Positions 40,588 to 50,468 of a stretch of DNA of 57,964 nt are shown here, one piece after another. Source of the stretch: Amphritea sp. (GTDB lineage Bacteria > Pseudomonadota > Gammaproteobacteria > Pseudomonadales > Balneatricaceae); contig JAIBCZ010000001.1 in assembly GCA_024679645.1 (NCBI GenBank), positions 1 to 57,964 on the forward strand, in the 5' to 3' direction. A program made the translations under genes and the position numbers. Position 1 is the first letter of the stretch. The number at the start of each line of letters is the position of its first letter. The notes below the pieces were generated by a model. That model worked only from the letters and a program-made list of their open reading frames with translations. It did not search any database and had not been told where the DNA came from.

Positions 40588-41033
40588 TGAACCAACTGGG
40601 TAATATCGAACAGGCAACTACCCTGCTTTACCTACCGACGCCACCCGTCGTTGATGCAAACAACCTGCTGAATTATGACACTCTGTGCGAGCTGAATGGC
40701 AATCACTGGCGCAAAATTCTGATCATTCTGGCCAAACTACAAAGTCCGGATACAGACTGGCGCACCTATCGTGATCATCAGTTATTAAAACAACACGAAG
40801 CAATCATTTTTAGCAATCAGCTATTACCTGGCAAGCAACTACATATCGTCGCAGGCAAGGCTAACTGGAGCCGTCTGGGGCTGAATCCGGAGCAGTTTTC
40901 GCCCCTGGAAGAGAGTAGTCGACTGTTACGACAGGGCAACATCATTTTAACGCCCTACCCTGATTACCGGCAATTTCCTAATCACCTGATCGAACAGCTC
41001 AGACCGGCAATCCATGCATCAAGTGAAAACTAG
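40587..41033 (+). CDS. Conserved hypothetical protein
   Basis: NGNHWRKI and PYPDYRQF motifs; TGATG coupling to metR. Confidence 0.7.
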   Translation: MNQLGNIEQATTLLYLPTPPVVDANNLLNYDTLCELNGNHWRKILIILAKLQSPDTDWRTYRDHQLLKQHEAIIFSNQLLPGKQLHIVAGKANWSRLGLNPEQFSPLEESSRLLRQGNIILTPYPDYRQFPNHLIEQLRPAIHASSEN

Positions 41034-41407
41034 CCTTCCCACTCATCCAGCACCTCTTTAGCGGCACGAAACGCTTCCTGGGCAGCAGGCGCTCCACAAT
41101 AAACAATTGAGTGCAGTAGTACTTCCTGAATCTCTTCTACAGTACAGCCGTTATTCAACGCCCCCCTGACATGACCCTTAAGCTCAGCCGGTGCTTTGAG
41201 TGCAGCAAGCATAGCAATTGTCACCAGCGAGCGCGTACTCCGCGGCAAACCTTCACGCTGCCAGGTACTTCCCCAGGCGTGTTCATTAATCCAGTCCTGA
41301 ACCGGCTGCGTCAGCTCTGTCGTATTGTCAATCGCCTTCTGAACAAAGGCTTCGCCCATTACTTCAGTGCGAACCTTTAAACCATTCTGCTTATCTTGCT
41401 CAGACAT
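41030..41407 (-). CDS. Carboxymuconolactone decarboxylase family protein
   Basis: [37 protein letters not shown]; RBS AGGAG. Confidence 0.9.
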   Translation of the reverse strand: MSEQDKQNGLKVRTEVMGEAFVQKAIDNTTELTQPVQDWINEHAWGSTWQREGLPRSTRSLVTIAMLAALKAPAELKGHVRGALNNGCTVEEIQEVLLHSIVYCGAPAAQEAFRAAKEVLDEWEG

Positions 41408-41621
41408 AAAACTCCTCAATACCTTCAAACCAATTATTCGAAACAACTACAACTATCGGGATGACATACTACTGATCTATCAGCAACAGTCCAATAATCT
41501 GCACTTAGCATCCATTACCCCGGGAAAAGTGTGCTTTTTTACCCTTCAACCCTTACCTGAAAAGAGGATCAGAGCTACACTACTGCCTCTGAATTTTTAC
41601 TTTTATAGCGGTACTTTACTG

Positions 41622-42974
41622 ATGGACACTTGGTCACCTGACAGCTGGAAAAGCAAACCTATTCTGCAGCAACCTGAATACCAGGATTCAGCTGCAGTTC
41701 AACAGGTAGAGAACGAACTATCCCAACTCCCCCCGTTGGTTTTTGCGGGCGAGGTGCGCTCACTGCACAAGCAGTTAGCCGATGTTGCGGCTGGAGATGC
41801 CTTTCTGCTTCAAGGTGGTGACTGTGCTGAAAGCTTTGCTGAATTCAGTGCGACAAATATTCGGGATACTTTCCAGGTCATGCTACAAATGGCCGTCGTA
41901 ATGACGTTCGCCGGTAGCTGTCCGGTCGTTAAAGTGGCCCGTATCGCTGGCCAGTACGCAAAACCTCGTTCGGCAGGCACCGAAACCGTTAATGGGATAG
42001 AACTACCAAGCTACCGCGGTGATATCATCAACGATATCGCTTTTGATGCAGCAGCCCGTCAGCCTGATCCATACCGCCTGATTAAAGCTTACAACCAATC
42101 CACATCAACGCTGAATCTGATGCGCGCCTTTGCTCAGGGCGGCTTTGCTGACCTGCATAAAGTTCACCAGTGGAATCAGGGTTTCATTAAGAAGAGTCCT
42201 CAGGGCGAAAAGTATCAGCACCTGGCCGACCAGATCGATGATACTTTGGCGTTTATGGAAGCCTGCGGCATCCGCAGCAGTAATGTACCCCAGCTGAAAG
42301 AAACCTCGGTTTATACCTCTCACGAAGCGCTTCTGCTGAACTATGAGCAAGCGCTGACCCGTCAGGATAGCCTGACAAGTCGCTGGTACGATTGTTCTGC
42401 ACATATGCTCTGGATCGGTGACCGCACCCGTCAACTGGATGGTGCGCATATCGAATTCCTGCGCGGTGTTGAGAACCCTATTGGGGTGAAAGTCGGTCCG
42501 AGCATGAATCCGGACGAACTGATTCAACTCATTGACACCCTTAACCCTTCCAACATGCCGGGTCGGCTAACGCTGATCAGCCGGATGGGAGCAGACTCGA
42601 TCACTGAGATGCTGCCCCCCCTTGCTCGCCGGGTCAAAGAGGAAGGCCGTAATGTGGTATGGAGTTCTGACCCGATGCACGGCAATACAATCAAAGCCAG
42701 CAGCGGTTATAAAACCCGCAGCGTCGACAGCATCCTGAAAGAGATGAAAGGTTTCTTTGAAGTTCACCGGGCGGAAGGCACTTACGCCGGCGGCGTACAT
42801 TTTGAGATGACCGGCCAGAACGTGACCGAATGCGTCGGTGGGGCATACCAGATCACTGAAGAGGGACTCGGCGATCGCTACCACACCCACTGCGATCCTC
42901 GCCTGAATGGCGACCAGGCTCTGGAACTGGCATTCATGATTGCGGATACCCTGAAGCAGGCCCGCAAGCCTTAA
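41622..42974 (+). CDS. Class II DAHP synthase
   Basis: [40 protein letters not shown]; start moved to MDTWSP. Confidence 0.95.
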   Translation: MDTWSPDSWKSKPILQQPEYQDSAAVQQVENELSQLPPLVFAGEVRSLHKQLADVAAGDAFLLQGGDCAESFAEFSATNIRDTFQVMLQMAVVMTFAGSCPVVKVARIAGQYAKPRSAGTETVNGIELPSYRGDIINDIAFDAAARQPDPYRLIKAYNQSTSTLNLMRAFAQGGFADLHKVHQWNQGFIKKSPQGEKYQHLADQIDDTLAFMEACGIRSSNVPQLKETSVYTSHEALLLNYEQALTRQDSLTSRWYDCSAHMLWIGDRTRQLDGAHIEFLRGVENPIGVKVGPSMNPDELIQLIDTLNPSNMPGRLTLISRMGADSITEMLPPLARRVKEEGRNVVWSSDPMHGNTIKASSGYKTRSVDSILKEMKGFFEVHRAEGTYAGGVHFEMTGQNVTECVGGAYQITEEGLGDRYHTHCDPRLNGDQALELAFMIADTLKQARKP

Positions 42975-43300
42975 TGGACCAACATGCAGAGCTGAACCAG
43001 CTTTTATTACAATTAGAAGCCGAGATGCGGGCCTGGTCACTCTGGTCCGCAACACCACCTTCGGCAGCAGCTCTGCTAAGCACTCAGCCTTTTTGCATTG
43101 ATACACTGAATTTCTGGGAATGGGTGCAATGGCTGATGCTGCCACGCTTCAAACAGATGATTAACCTGAAACAGAGGCTACCACAGGGGAGTAACATCAC
43201 CCCCATGGCAGAAGAAGTCATTCAGAACGCGAAGATTAAAAGCGAAAAACTGATCGAATGCTTTACAGCACTCGACCAGCTTCTCAGTAAGTCACACTAA
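42974..43300 (+). CDS. yqcC: YqcC family protein
   Basis: LW...PS...STQPFCIDT..EWVQW..LPR..I.PMAEE. Confidence 0.88.
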   Translation: MDQHAELNQLLLQLEAEMRAWSLWSATPPSAAALLSTQPFCIDTLNFWEWVQWLMLPRFKQMINLKQRLPQGSNITPMAEEVIQNAKIKSEKLIECFTALDQLLSKSH

Positions 43301-43322
43301 CATTGTCATACAGCAAGAGCGT

Positions 43323-43724
43323 TTACCCGGTCAGCAAGCCGTCCAGAACGATCTGGTTATAACCAACCACTCCACGCACTTCACCCTTATCAAACACTGG
43401 TACTATAGCCAAACCAAAGTTATCAAACAGGCGCGCACAGTAACGCACATCCATTTCAGGATCGACACCGATAACCGGCTTGGTCATGATCTCATAGACG
43501 TTCATGCGCTCAGGCGCCTTATCTTGCGCCAGTACTTTTTTAGCAATGTCCGACAGCAATAAGATACCGTACTCATCATTATCATGGCGTTTATTAACCA
43601 GTAACGCCGATACCTTCTGTTCTTTATAGATACGGATTGCATCTTTAATGGTAAGACGGCCATCAACCATCGCGTAATCCTGCGCCATTACATCTTTGAC
43701 CCGAACCACTTTACGCTCACTCAT
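43323..43724 (-). CDS. Stand-alone CBS-pair protein
   Basis: VKDVM, GILLLSDI, VYEIMTKPV; ATGA overlap with the PII-like gene. Confidence 0.9.
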   Translation of the reverse strand: MSERKVVRVKDVMAQDYAMVDGRLTIKDAIRIYKEQKVSALLVNKRHDNDEYGILLLSDIAKKVLAQDKAPERMNVYEIMTKPVIGVDPEMDVRYCARLFDNFGLAIVPVFDKGEVRGVVGYNQIVLDGLLTG

Positions 43725-44071
43725 AACTCGTCCTCGACTAAATTTGTCAGGGTTTCTATCTGATGGGCAACCCCTACAGCATCTTCGACATCAAGCTGAA
43801 TAGCGATGCCCTGCCCAGGTTTTTCATCAAAGTCGGCCACAATAGAAATTGTTTCCAGAATTTTCCGGCTCAAGTGCTCTTCAACAATGAACAGCAATAC
43901 ATCCCGCTGGCTTTCCAACGACAAACCAAAAAACGTTTTGTTCTTAGTAACCCCTTCACCCCGGGCATTGTTGATGACGGTAGCACCGGTAGCACCCGCT
44001 TCCCGAGCAGCCTTCATCACCTTATCGGTTTTGGAATCTTCAACAAACACGACTAACAGCTTGAAGTGCAT
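43721..44071 (-). CDS. PII-superfamily (non-canonical) protein
   Basis: AREAGATGATV..ARGEG, PGQGIAI; contains no Tyr. Confidence 0.85.
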   Translation of the reverse strand: MHFKLLVVFVEDSKTDKVMKAAREAGATGATVINNARGEGVTKNKTFFGLSLESQRDVLLFIVEEHLSRKILETISIVADFDEKPGQGIAIQLDVEDAVGVAHQIETLTNLVEDEL

Positions 44072-44080
44072 ATTCCTGTC

Positions 44081-44887
44081 CTATTCCTCATTAACCATCT
44101 CTTCATGTTTCTGCTTGCGCTTAGCACGAGCAGCAACCATTTCCGTAATCTGTGCGTAGCCCATTACCGTAATCATCGGAAACAGGCTGGCGAAAGCGAT
44201 CAAACCAAAACCATCGATTAATGCACTTCGCCCTGGCACTGTACTCGCTAAGCCCAGTCCCAGTGCAGCCACCAACGGGACCGTCACCGTCGACGTCGTT
44301 ACACCACCTGAATCATAAGCCAGGGGCACAATAAGCTTAGGAGCAAAAAAGGTTTGTATCACCACAAAAATATAACCGGTGATAATAAACCAGTGAATGG
44401 GATAACCGGTGACAATCCGAAATGTTCCCAGACTAATACCCACAGCAACACCCAGTGCCACCGCAAGACGCAAACCCCATACACCGATAGCACCACCAGA
44501 CACCTCATTCGCTTTAATCGCCACAGCGATCAAAGAGGGTTCTGCAATAGTGGTACTGGCACCAATAGCAAACGCAAAAATATAAACCCAATAATAGTCC
44601 GACCAGTGCAACACTTCTCCGACGGCTGACATACTGCCTCGGATAAACTCAGGGTCTGTTAACTGTTGCGCCATCAATCGACCGACGGGGAACAATGCTT
44701 TTTCCAGCCCCAGTAAAAATAGTGCAAGGCCAACAATGACATAAGCGAAACCAAACAATACTTTTTTAAGGTGCGGAATCGGCCGCCGAATCACCAATAG
44801 CTGAAAGCCAAAGATAATAACGACTATAGGAATTACATCTTTGATCGTGGACAACAAAATCGTGAACAGCTGTGACAATGTTTCCAT
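44081..44887 (-). CDS. DUF1538 family membrane protein
   Basis: [34 protein letters not shown]; multiple TM helices. Confidence 0.88.
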   Translation of the reverse strand: METLSQLFTILLSTIKDVIPIVVIIFGFQLLVIRRPIPHLKKVLFGFAYVIVGLALFLLGLEKALFPVGRLMAQQLTDPEFIRGSMSAVGEVLHWSDYYWVYIFAFAIGASTTIAEPSLIAVAIKANEVSGGAIGVWGLRLAVALGVAVGISLGTFRIVTGYPIHWFIITGYIFVVIQTFFAPKLIVPLAYDSGGVTTSTVTVPLVAALGLGLASTVPGRSALIDGFGLIAFASLFPMITVMGYAQITEMVAARAKRKQKHEEMVNEE

Positions 44888-45621
44888 CAGATCACCATCC
44901 CATAGGCCATTACAAAGATCATCGGCGTCAGAGAGGCAAACGCGATTAAACCGAAGCCATCTATCATCGGATTACGCCCTTCAATGGAGGATGCCAAACC
45001 AACGCCCAGGGCTGTTACCAGCGGCACCGTAATTGTTGACGTAGTAACACCACCGGAATCATATGCGATACCGATGATTTCCTGCGGCGCGAAGCCGGTC
45101 ATCACAACAACCAGAACATAACCAATCGCGATCATATAATGGATCGGCCAGCCTTTAAGAATTCGAATCACACCGATCACAATAGCTAAGCCTACCGACA
45201 CCGCTACGGTATAGCGCAATCCGGAGGCATAACTTTTCATCGCCTGCTCAGTCGCGTCGATCATTCCACCTTCAGCAGCAACACTGGCGGCCTCAGCCGC
45301 TACGGCAATCAACGCAGGTTCTGCCACCGTCGTACCAAAACCCAAAGAAAAGGAGAAAACAAGCAGCCAGAACAGACTACCTTTACGGGCAAACGAGTGG
45401 GCCAGCACTTCGCCAATAGGAAACAGGCCCATCTCGAGACCATAAATAAAGAAGGTAAGACCCGCCACAACGCAGAGTAAACCGGTTAACAATCCAAAAA
45501 GATCGGGAACCGACTGCTGCAGCACTACAACCTGAAAGAAACCAATGACAACCACTATTGGCAAAAGGTCTCTCAAACTCCCTGCCATTGAACGCCCCAG
45601 GGCGACAAAAACGTTACTCAA
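44887..45621 (-). CDS. DUF1538 family membrane protein (paralogue)
   Basis: [34 protein letters not shown]; TTG start with GGAG RBS. Confidence 0.88.
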   Translation of the reverse strand: MSNVFVALGRSMAGSLRDLLPIVVVIGFFQVVVLQQSVPDLFGLLTGLLCVVAGLTFFIYGLEMGLFPIGEVLAHSFARKGSLFWLLVFSFSLGFGTTVAEPALIAVAAEAASVAAEGGMIDATEQAMKSYASGLRYTVAVSVGLAIVIGVIRILKGWPIHYMIAIGYVLVVVMTGFAPQEIIGIAYDSGGVTTSTITVPLVTALGVGLASSIEGRNPMIDGFGLIAFASLTPMIFVMAYGMVI

Positions 45622-45961
45622 AAAGAGCTCCCTTTAACCGATAGATCGTTTCTGCTGTCACGATACTTTGCTTGTTTAAAGCCTGTATAAGCACGCACCA
45701 CAAACAGCAGAATATTAATTTTTACTGATAAGATAATCATATAAAAAATAGCTCTAAAGCTACAGCAATTTCAGTACCAATTTGGGTGTTAAAAGCCCTG
45801 ATTATAAACAAATATCACTTGCAAACAGGACAGACCGATATCACAGACTTACGACTTCGCTCTGCAGATGACAGGACTCATTTACTAACCTAAAGTAGCT
45901 ACTGTATCTGCAGTGACTCCACTGTTAAAATAGCGCCAGTTTTTTCCTATCAGGCACTCCC

Positions 45962-47044
45962 ATGGCACACTTTGAAACACTGACCGATTTTATCCGACAA
46001 ACTGAAGCACAATTTCGTATCTTTGATATGGGCCGTTGCATCAGCAAGCTCTCACCCGACAGTTTTCGTCAGATGGAGGTGGGCCAGGTACCCTATCAAA
46101 AACCCTTCCTGCACCAGGCCTGGATCGCAGTGCTGATGTGGAATCCCAAACAGGCGAATGAGAACGTCGTCTGGTTTCTCAAACTGCCATTGGATGAGCA
46201 GGGCTTTCTGGTACAGGCTGCACGGGATGATTTTCTCAACCGCCTGCTGCAAAATCTAAGTAACAGCATGGGTAAAGGCCCGCTGGACCAGCCCGCCGAT
46301 GCAACAGAGTACCGTGATGCATTGAAGGATAATCCGTTTTCCTTTACCCCTGATCAGGAAAAGATGGCCGCGTTTCATGCCACCGCTACACTGACTACCC
46401 GCCAACCCGCCTCGAGCTTTTATGATACGGCCTGCCACTATTTTCAGGGGGAATCTGATCTAAACGATTGGAGCACTCTGGGGTATCAGGGGATAGCGGA
46501 CTATGTTATTCGCTGCCAGGAAGATACCGGAAAAACAGGCAACGAAGTAAAACTCGCCGCAATATTTAACCAGCTTCCCGACACACCACTGGAAGCGGTA
46601 TCAACCTTTCTTGAACATATCCAGCCGGGAGCAGCACTCGGGCAGTCAATACTACAGAAACTGAACACCGTCGTAGCTGAAGAAAAGGTCTCTGCGAATC
46701 AAATCGGCGCGTTACTCCGGGCGATCTCCCAGTGTCCTGAAACTGATGAGAAGATTACTGCCCTGACCGCTGTACTTAACAGCACTTATGGCACCGAGGC
46801 GGAAGTGATCGCCGCGCTTGCCAGCCGCTGCTGGGCAAGTTTGCAGTACCCTGTACTACTTAAACTGTTTTTAGAAAAGCTGGCCATCAATCAAACAGGC
46901 CAGGAATGTTTTAACCGGGTCATGGCAGATCTGATGTTTATCCCGACTCTGAGAGCACTAACACTTCAGCAGTTCAGGTCTCCTGACCGAAGCGATGCGT
47001 TAAGTAAAGCCATTGGCGGAATGTTCGGTGATGGCTTTCTCTAA
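45962..47044 (+). CDS. DUF3549-like conserved protein
   Basis: IFDMGR, VWFLKLPLDEQG, NPFSFTP..KMA.FH, W..LGYQGIAD. Confidence 0.75.
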   Translation: MAHFETLTDFIRQTEAQFRIFDMGRCISKLSPDSFRQMEVGQVPYQKPFLHQAWIAVLMWNPKQANENVVWFLKLPLDEQGFLVQAARDDFLNRLLQNLSNSMGKGPLDQPADATEYRDALKDNPFSFTPDQEKMAAFHATATLTTRQPASSFYDTACHYFQGESDLNDWSTLGYQGIADYVIRCQEDTGKTGNEVKLAAIFNQLPDTPLEAVSTFLEHIQPGAALGQSILQKLNTVVAEEKVSANQIGALLRAISQCPETDEKITALTAVLNSTYGTEAEVIAALASRCWASLQYPVLLKLFLEKLAINQTGQECFNRVMADLMFIPTLRALTLQQFRSPDRSDALSKAIGGMFGDGFL

Positions 47045-47066
47045 CAGGGACTACGCTTAGACGTAT

Positions 47067-47095
47067 AAAAAAAGCCCCGAATCCGGGGCTTTTTT
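47067..47095. terminator. Bidirectional terminator
   Basis: AAAAAAGCCCCG-aatc-CGGGGCTTTTTT. Confidence 0.9.
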
Positions 47096-47891
47096 ATACC
47101 TGATAATCATCCGGAAGCTTAACACTCAAGCCCCAACTTTCAGCCCGCTGCTGACTGGCCTGACGAAATCGTTCACGAATCTCAGTTCCAGCTGGCTTTG
47201 TCAGATAAAACAGTAATGTACTGGCTTGTTCAGGACTCAGATTCTGCTCTTCACCCCAATTCTGAATAAATTCCACCAGCGTGTTATCACTCTTATCCTC
47301 CAACGCCACGGGAACTTCTACAGACAGATCTTCTCCAGCCCTTACCCGGCGGCAGATAACCTGATAGTTATAACGGAAATCCGGGAAAATTCGATCTTCA
47401 CTCTCACTGCGCAGACGGAACCAGCCGGTAGCTTTGCCTGCATGATAAAGCGCTAAATGAGTCCAGTCATGCTCTGTCGGATGGTCGGCATAGCGGCAGA
47501 CCTCCTCATAAGCAATTCTCGCAGGAGGAAGCCCAAAATCACCACTTTGTTCATTAAGAATGGTCAAAAACTCGGAGATGGTTGGCATCCACGCCAGAGT
47601 TTCTTTACAACGATTAATCGCTGACACCATTTCCGCTTCACCATACCCCTGAATACTCAGCGCCCATTCACGCTTAGCGATACGGATCTCATCCTGCGTT
47701 TCAAAACAGCTCTTAAATTTATGCCCATAAATCGCCATAAAGCGGGCAAAAATCATATTCACCAGTGTTTTTGTTTCGGTTGTTATTGCCGCAGCTACGG
47801 CATCAGGATCACCAGTCGGTGTCTTTGATGTCCATGATGGCTGCGGTAACCCGCTGGCGCTTTTCCCTATTATCTGGGCGGGCGTTTTCAT
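47094..47891 (-). CDS. Lambda P-like replication protein (putative helicase loader)
   Basis: LVNMIFARF..IY, AKREW, WMPTISEF, GLP...AYEE, W.H.ALYHAG pattern of the phage replication protein P family. Confidence 0.75.
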   Translation of the reverse strand: MKTPAQIIGKSASGLPQPSWTSKTPTGDPDAVAAAITTETKTLVNMIFARFMAIYGHKFKSCFETQDEIRIAKREWALSIQGYGEAEMVSAINRCKETLAWMPTISEFLTILNEQSGDFGLPPARIAYEEVCRYADHPTEHDWTHLALYHAGKATGWFRLRSESEDRIFPDFRYNYQVICRRVRAGEDLSVEVPVALEDKSDNTLVEFIQNWGEEQNLSPEQASTLLFYLTKPAGTEIRERFRQASQQRAESWGLSVKLPDDYQV

Positions 47892-48732
47892 GGCTTACAC
47901 CTTTATTAGTACCTTCGTCCGCCCGTTTTTTACGCGCGTCACGTGTCTGTTTATTAACCCATTCCCGCTTGACCCAAGCAAGGAATTTCTGATCCCAGTT
48001 GGACTCTTTACGGTCTTTATCCAACCAGTAAAGCACGAACTCATCCAGCAAATTATCGGCAAAATCAGCTGGAATACTATGACGGGGCAACATATCCAAC
48101 AATGTTTGAGACGGCCGCCAACCCAGAAACATCGTATGCAGCTTCTGATTTTTCTTCTCGATCTCATTCAAACGGGTTGCGAAATCATTTTCCGATGTAG
48201 TCTCACAACTGGGGGTGATTTGACGGCTTTTAGACCAGCCAATACTGCCACCAAACGTTGGGGCCGGTCCTAACTTTCTAGGTTGAGCCTGGTGTACCCG
48301 GCGACTGATTTCACTTCGCTCTGGCGGCTGTTCTACAACGGGCAGCTCCTGAACAACAACCGGCTCAATATGCTCAGGCACATGGGTTCCATCCTGAGTA
48401 TACCCTTGAGATACCCCTTTATACTCAGCCGCCGTGTGCTCACTGATAAGGGTAATTTTTATTGCTCCGCCATGCCCAAAAGAAGCCTGTATATAATTTT
48501 GTGAGACAAGACTATTGGTTACAATCGCGAGCTGATCTTCATCCCAGAAATTGGCCAGCGATACCCACTCTTCCCGGCTAAGCACAGCAGCGAGATGACC
48601 TGACGGATCTGGCAGGCCGTGCAGTTGGATATACTCCTGATACAAGGCCAGAAGAATCGCTTCATCGGAGCCTGCCGTACGTGCCAGCGAAGGATAAAAC
48701 AGTACGGGTTTTTCCGGAAAGCGGAAGCTCAT
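47809..48732 (-). CDS. Replication protein with DnaT-like ssDNA-binding domain and lambda O-like C-terminus
   Basis: E.P..FYPSLA...G..EAILL N-terminus; W.PS....LDEFVLYW....WDQKF; ends DIKDTDW; start moved to MSFRF. Confidence 0.72.
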   Translation of the reverse strand: MSFRFPEKPVLFYPSLARTAGSDEAILLALYQEYIQLHGLPDPSGHLAAVLSREEWVSLANFWDEDQLAIVTNSLVSQNYIQASFGHGGAIKITLISEHTAAEYKGVSQGYTQDGTHVPEHIEPVVVQELPVVEQPPERSEISRRVHQAQPRKLGPAPTFGGSIGWSKSRQITPSCETTSENDFATRLNEIEKKNQKLHTMFLGWRPSQTLLDMLPRHSIPADFADNLLDEFVLYWLDKDRKESNWDQKFLAWVKREWVNKQTRDARKKRADEGTNKGVSHENARPDNREKRQRVTAAIMDIKDTDW

Positions 48733-48863
48733 AGTGATTCCATAATATAAAGCGTAAAGACCAAAGAGGACAAAGCCACCCGGTGGAGCCATCAAAACAT
48801 CTCAAAAGAAACGTCGACAGATCTACGAGGTGGCCCTCATCTTACATTTATTAAGCTAGCTGA

Positions 48864-49271
48864 TCAGCCGTCTTGTGCGAACCGCTCTACCGCACGCAAT
48901 ACATCCCGGCGACTGATCTGGCCGATTAGTTTACCACTTTTTACGACCGGTAAGCGACGTCTGCCATTATTTATAAACTCCTCTGCCACAGAAATAATAT
49001 CGGCATCATGAGCAATAGTGTAAACCTCGGGTGACATGTAATCACCAACCCGACCACCCATCTCTTCCTCATGGTAGGTCAGTGTCAGAATTGCTTTAAG
49101 ACAATCCGCCTCGGATAATAACCCTACCAATTCACCTTCCTTACTAACCACAGGCGCACCGGTAATACGGTATTGCAGCAATAAATTAATCGCTTCAAAC
49201 AGATCGGTTTCAGGGGTAAAAGTTATCAGCTTTTCAGCCATATAATCGCTGGCTTTTACAGATCGCAGCAT
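48864..49271 (-). CDS. CBS-pair protein
   Basis: ASDYM, ITGAPVV, GLLSEADCL, RRLPVV, GQISRRDVL. Confidence 0.9.
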   Translation of the reverse strand: MLRSVKASDYMAEKLITFTPETDLFEAINLLLQYRITGAPVVSKEGELVGLLSEADCLKAILTLTYHEEEMGGRVGDYMSPEVYTIAHDADIISVAEEFINNGRRRLPVVKSGKLIGQISRRDVLRAVERFAQDG

Positions 49272-49397
49272 TGAGTATCCTCCAACCGGATATCAGGGGT
49301 GATTGCAGGCCTGGCGGCCCTGTTTTGTATTATCTTAGCCCAGGAGAGCGATACAAAACACTGTCCGGGATCTATCAATTAGGCTTACAAGGGATTA

Positions 49398-50252
49398 TTA
49401 GTTAAATACGACCGTTTTATTCCCATGTACCAATACCCGGTCTTCCAGATGCCATCGCAATCCACGGGATAAAACTGTTTTTTCCACATCCTTACCCAAA
49501 CGAACCATCTCTTCGGGCTGGTCTCTGTGGCTAACACGCACTACATCCTGATCAATGATTGGTCCTGCATCCAGCTCTTCAGTGACGTAGTGACAGGTGG
49601 CACCGATCAGCTTAACGCCTCGCTCATGAGCCTGATGGTAGGGTTTAGCACCGGCAAAAGAGGGTAAGAAACTATGATGAATATTAATAATCTTATGGCT
49701 ATAAAGGTCGCACACACTACTAGGCAAAATCTGCATGTAACGTGCCAGTACGACAGTGTCGGCCTGATGCTCGACAATCAACTGATGCACTTGATCAAAG
49801 TGAGGCTGCTTATCCTCTTTATCCACAGGCACATGGTGATAAGGGATCCCATGCCACTCAACCATGCTGCGCAGATCATCATGATTAGAGATCACACAAG
49901 GGATCTCGCAATCCAGTTCACCTTCATGATAACGATAAAGCAGGTCTGCCAGGCAATGGGAGTCTTTACTCGCCATCAGTACAACTTTTTTAGGCTGGGA
50001 TGAATCCGTCATTTCCCATTGCATATTGAATGACTGAGCGATCGGCGTGAACTGCTCGATCAATTGCTCACGACTAAAATTCACCGACGCGGAGACAATT
50101 TCTACCCGCATAAAGAACCAACCGTTTGGTCCGTCAGAATGCTGGTTGGCATCAGCAATAGAGCCACCATGACTGGAGATAAAATTACTTACCATTGCGA
50201 CGATACCCAAGCGGTCAGGGCAAGCCAATACCAGTCTGAATCTGCGTTCCAT
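49398..50252 (-). CDS. purU: Formyltetrahydrofolate deformylase
   Basis: ACT domain CPDRLGIV, LARYMQIL, INIHHSFLP, GATCHYVT. Confidence 0.96.
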   Translation of the reverse strand: MERRFRLVLACPDRLGIVAMVSNFISSHGGSIADANQHSDGPNGWFFMRVEIVSASVNFSREQLIEQFTPIAQSFNMQWEMTDSSQPKKVVLMASKDSHCLADLLYRYHEGELDCEIPCVISNHDDLRSMVEWHGIPYHHVPVDKEDKQPHFDQVHQLIVEHQADTVVLARYMQILPSSVCDLYSHKIINIHHSFLPSFAGAKPYHQAHERGVKLIGATCHYVTEELDAGPIIDQDVVRVSHRDQPEEMVRLGKDVEKTVLSRGLRWHLEDRVLVHGNKTVVFN

Positions 50253-50468
50253 GATGTCCTTCTTTATCTGTCTGTAAACTAAGAGGCAATATTCTATCAG
50301 CTCTCAGGGTTCACGCCACCTGCTTATTCTGCAGACCCAGAATAAGTACCCAGATCATATACAGCCCCCAACAATCTCTGCTATAACCAAAGATAGCGCT
50401 AACACATAAGCACTACTCTCATTAGCGATGGTAGCCAGGCAACCGCCTGAAGAGGGAGAACAGCTGAT

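Noticed and set aside
41367-41621. 85-aa N-terminal extension of the DAHP synthase in the ORF track
   Set aside because: It overlaps the divergent gene and promoter region; family similarity begins at MDTWSP
45726-45744. Fur-box-like GATAATCAT upstream of the DUF1538 operon
   Set aside because: Only about 10/19 match in AT-rich DNA
47094-48732. Prophage
   Set aside because: No other phage genes or att sites; the flanks are host genes
50253-50468. ZTP, glycine or PRPP riboswitch between purU and the phosphorylase
   Set aside because: Core motifs not found; the purU -10 (TGATAGAAT) is too close to the start codon to leave room
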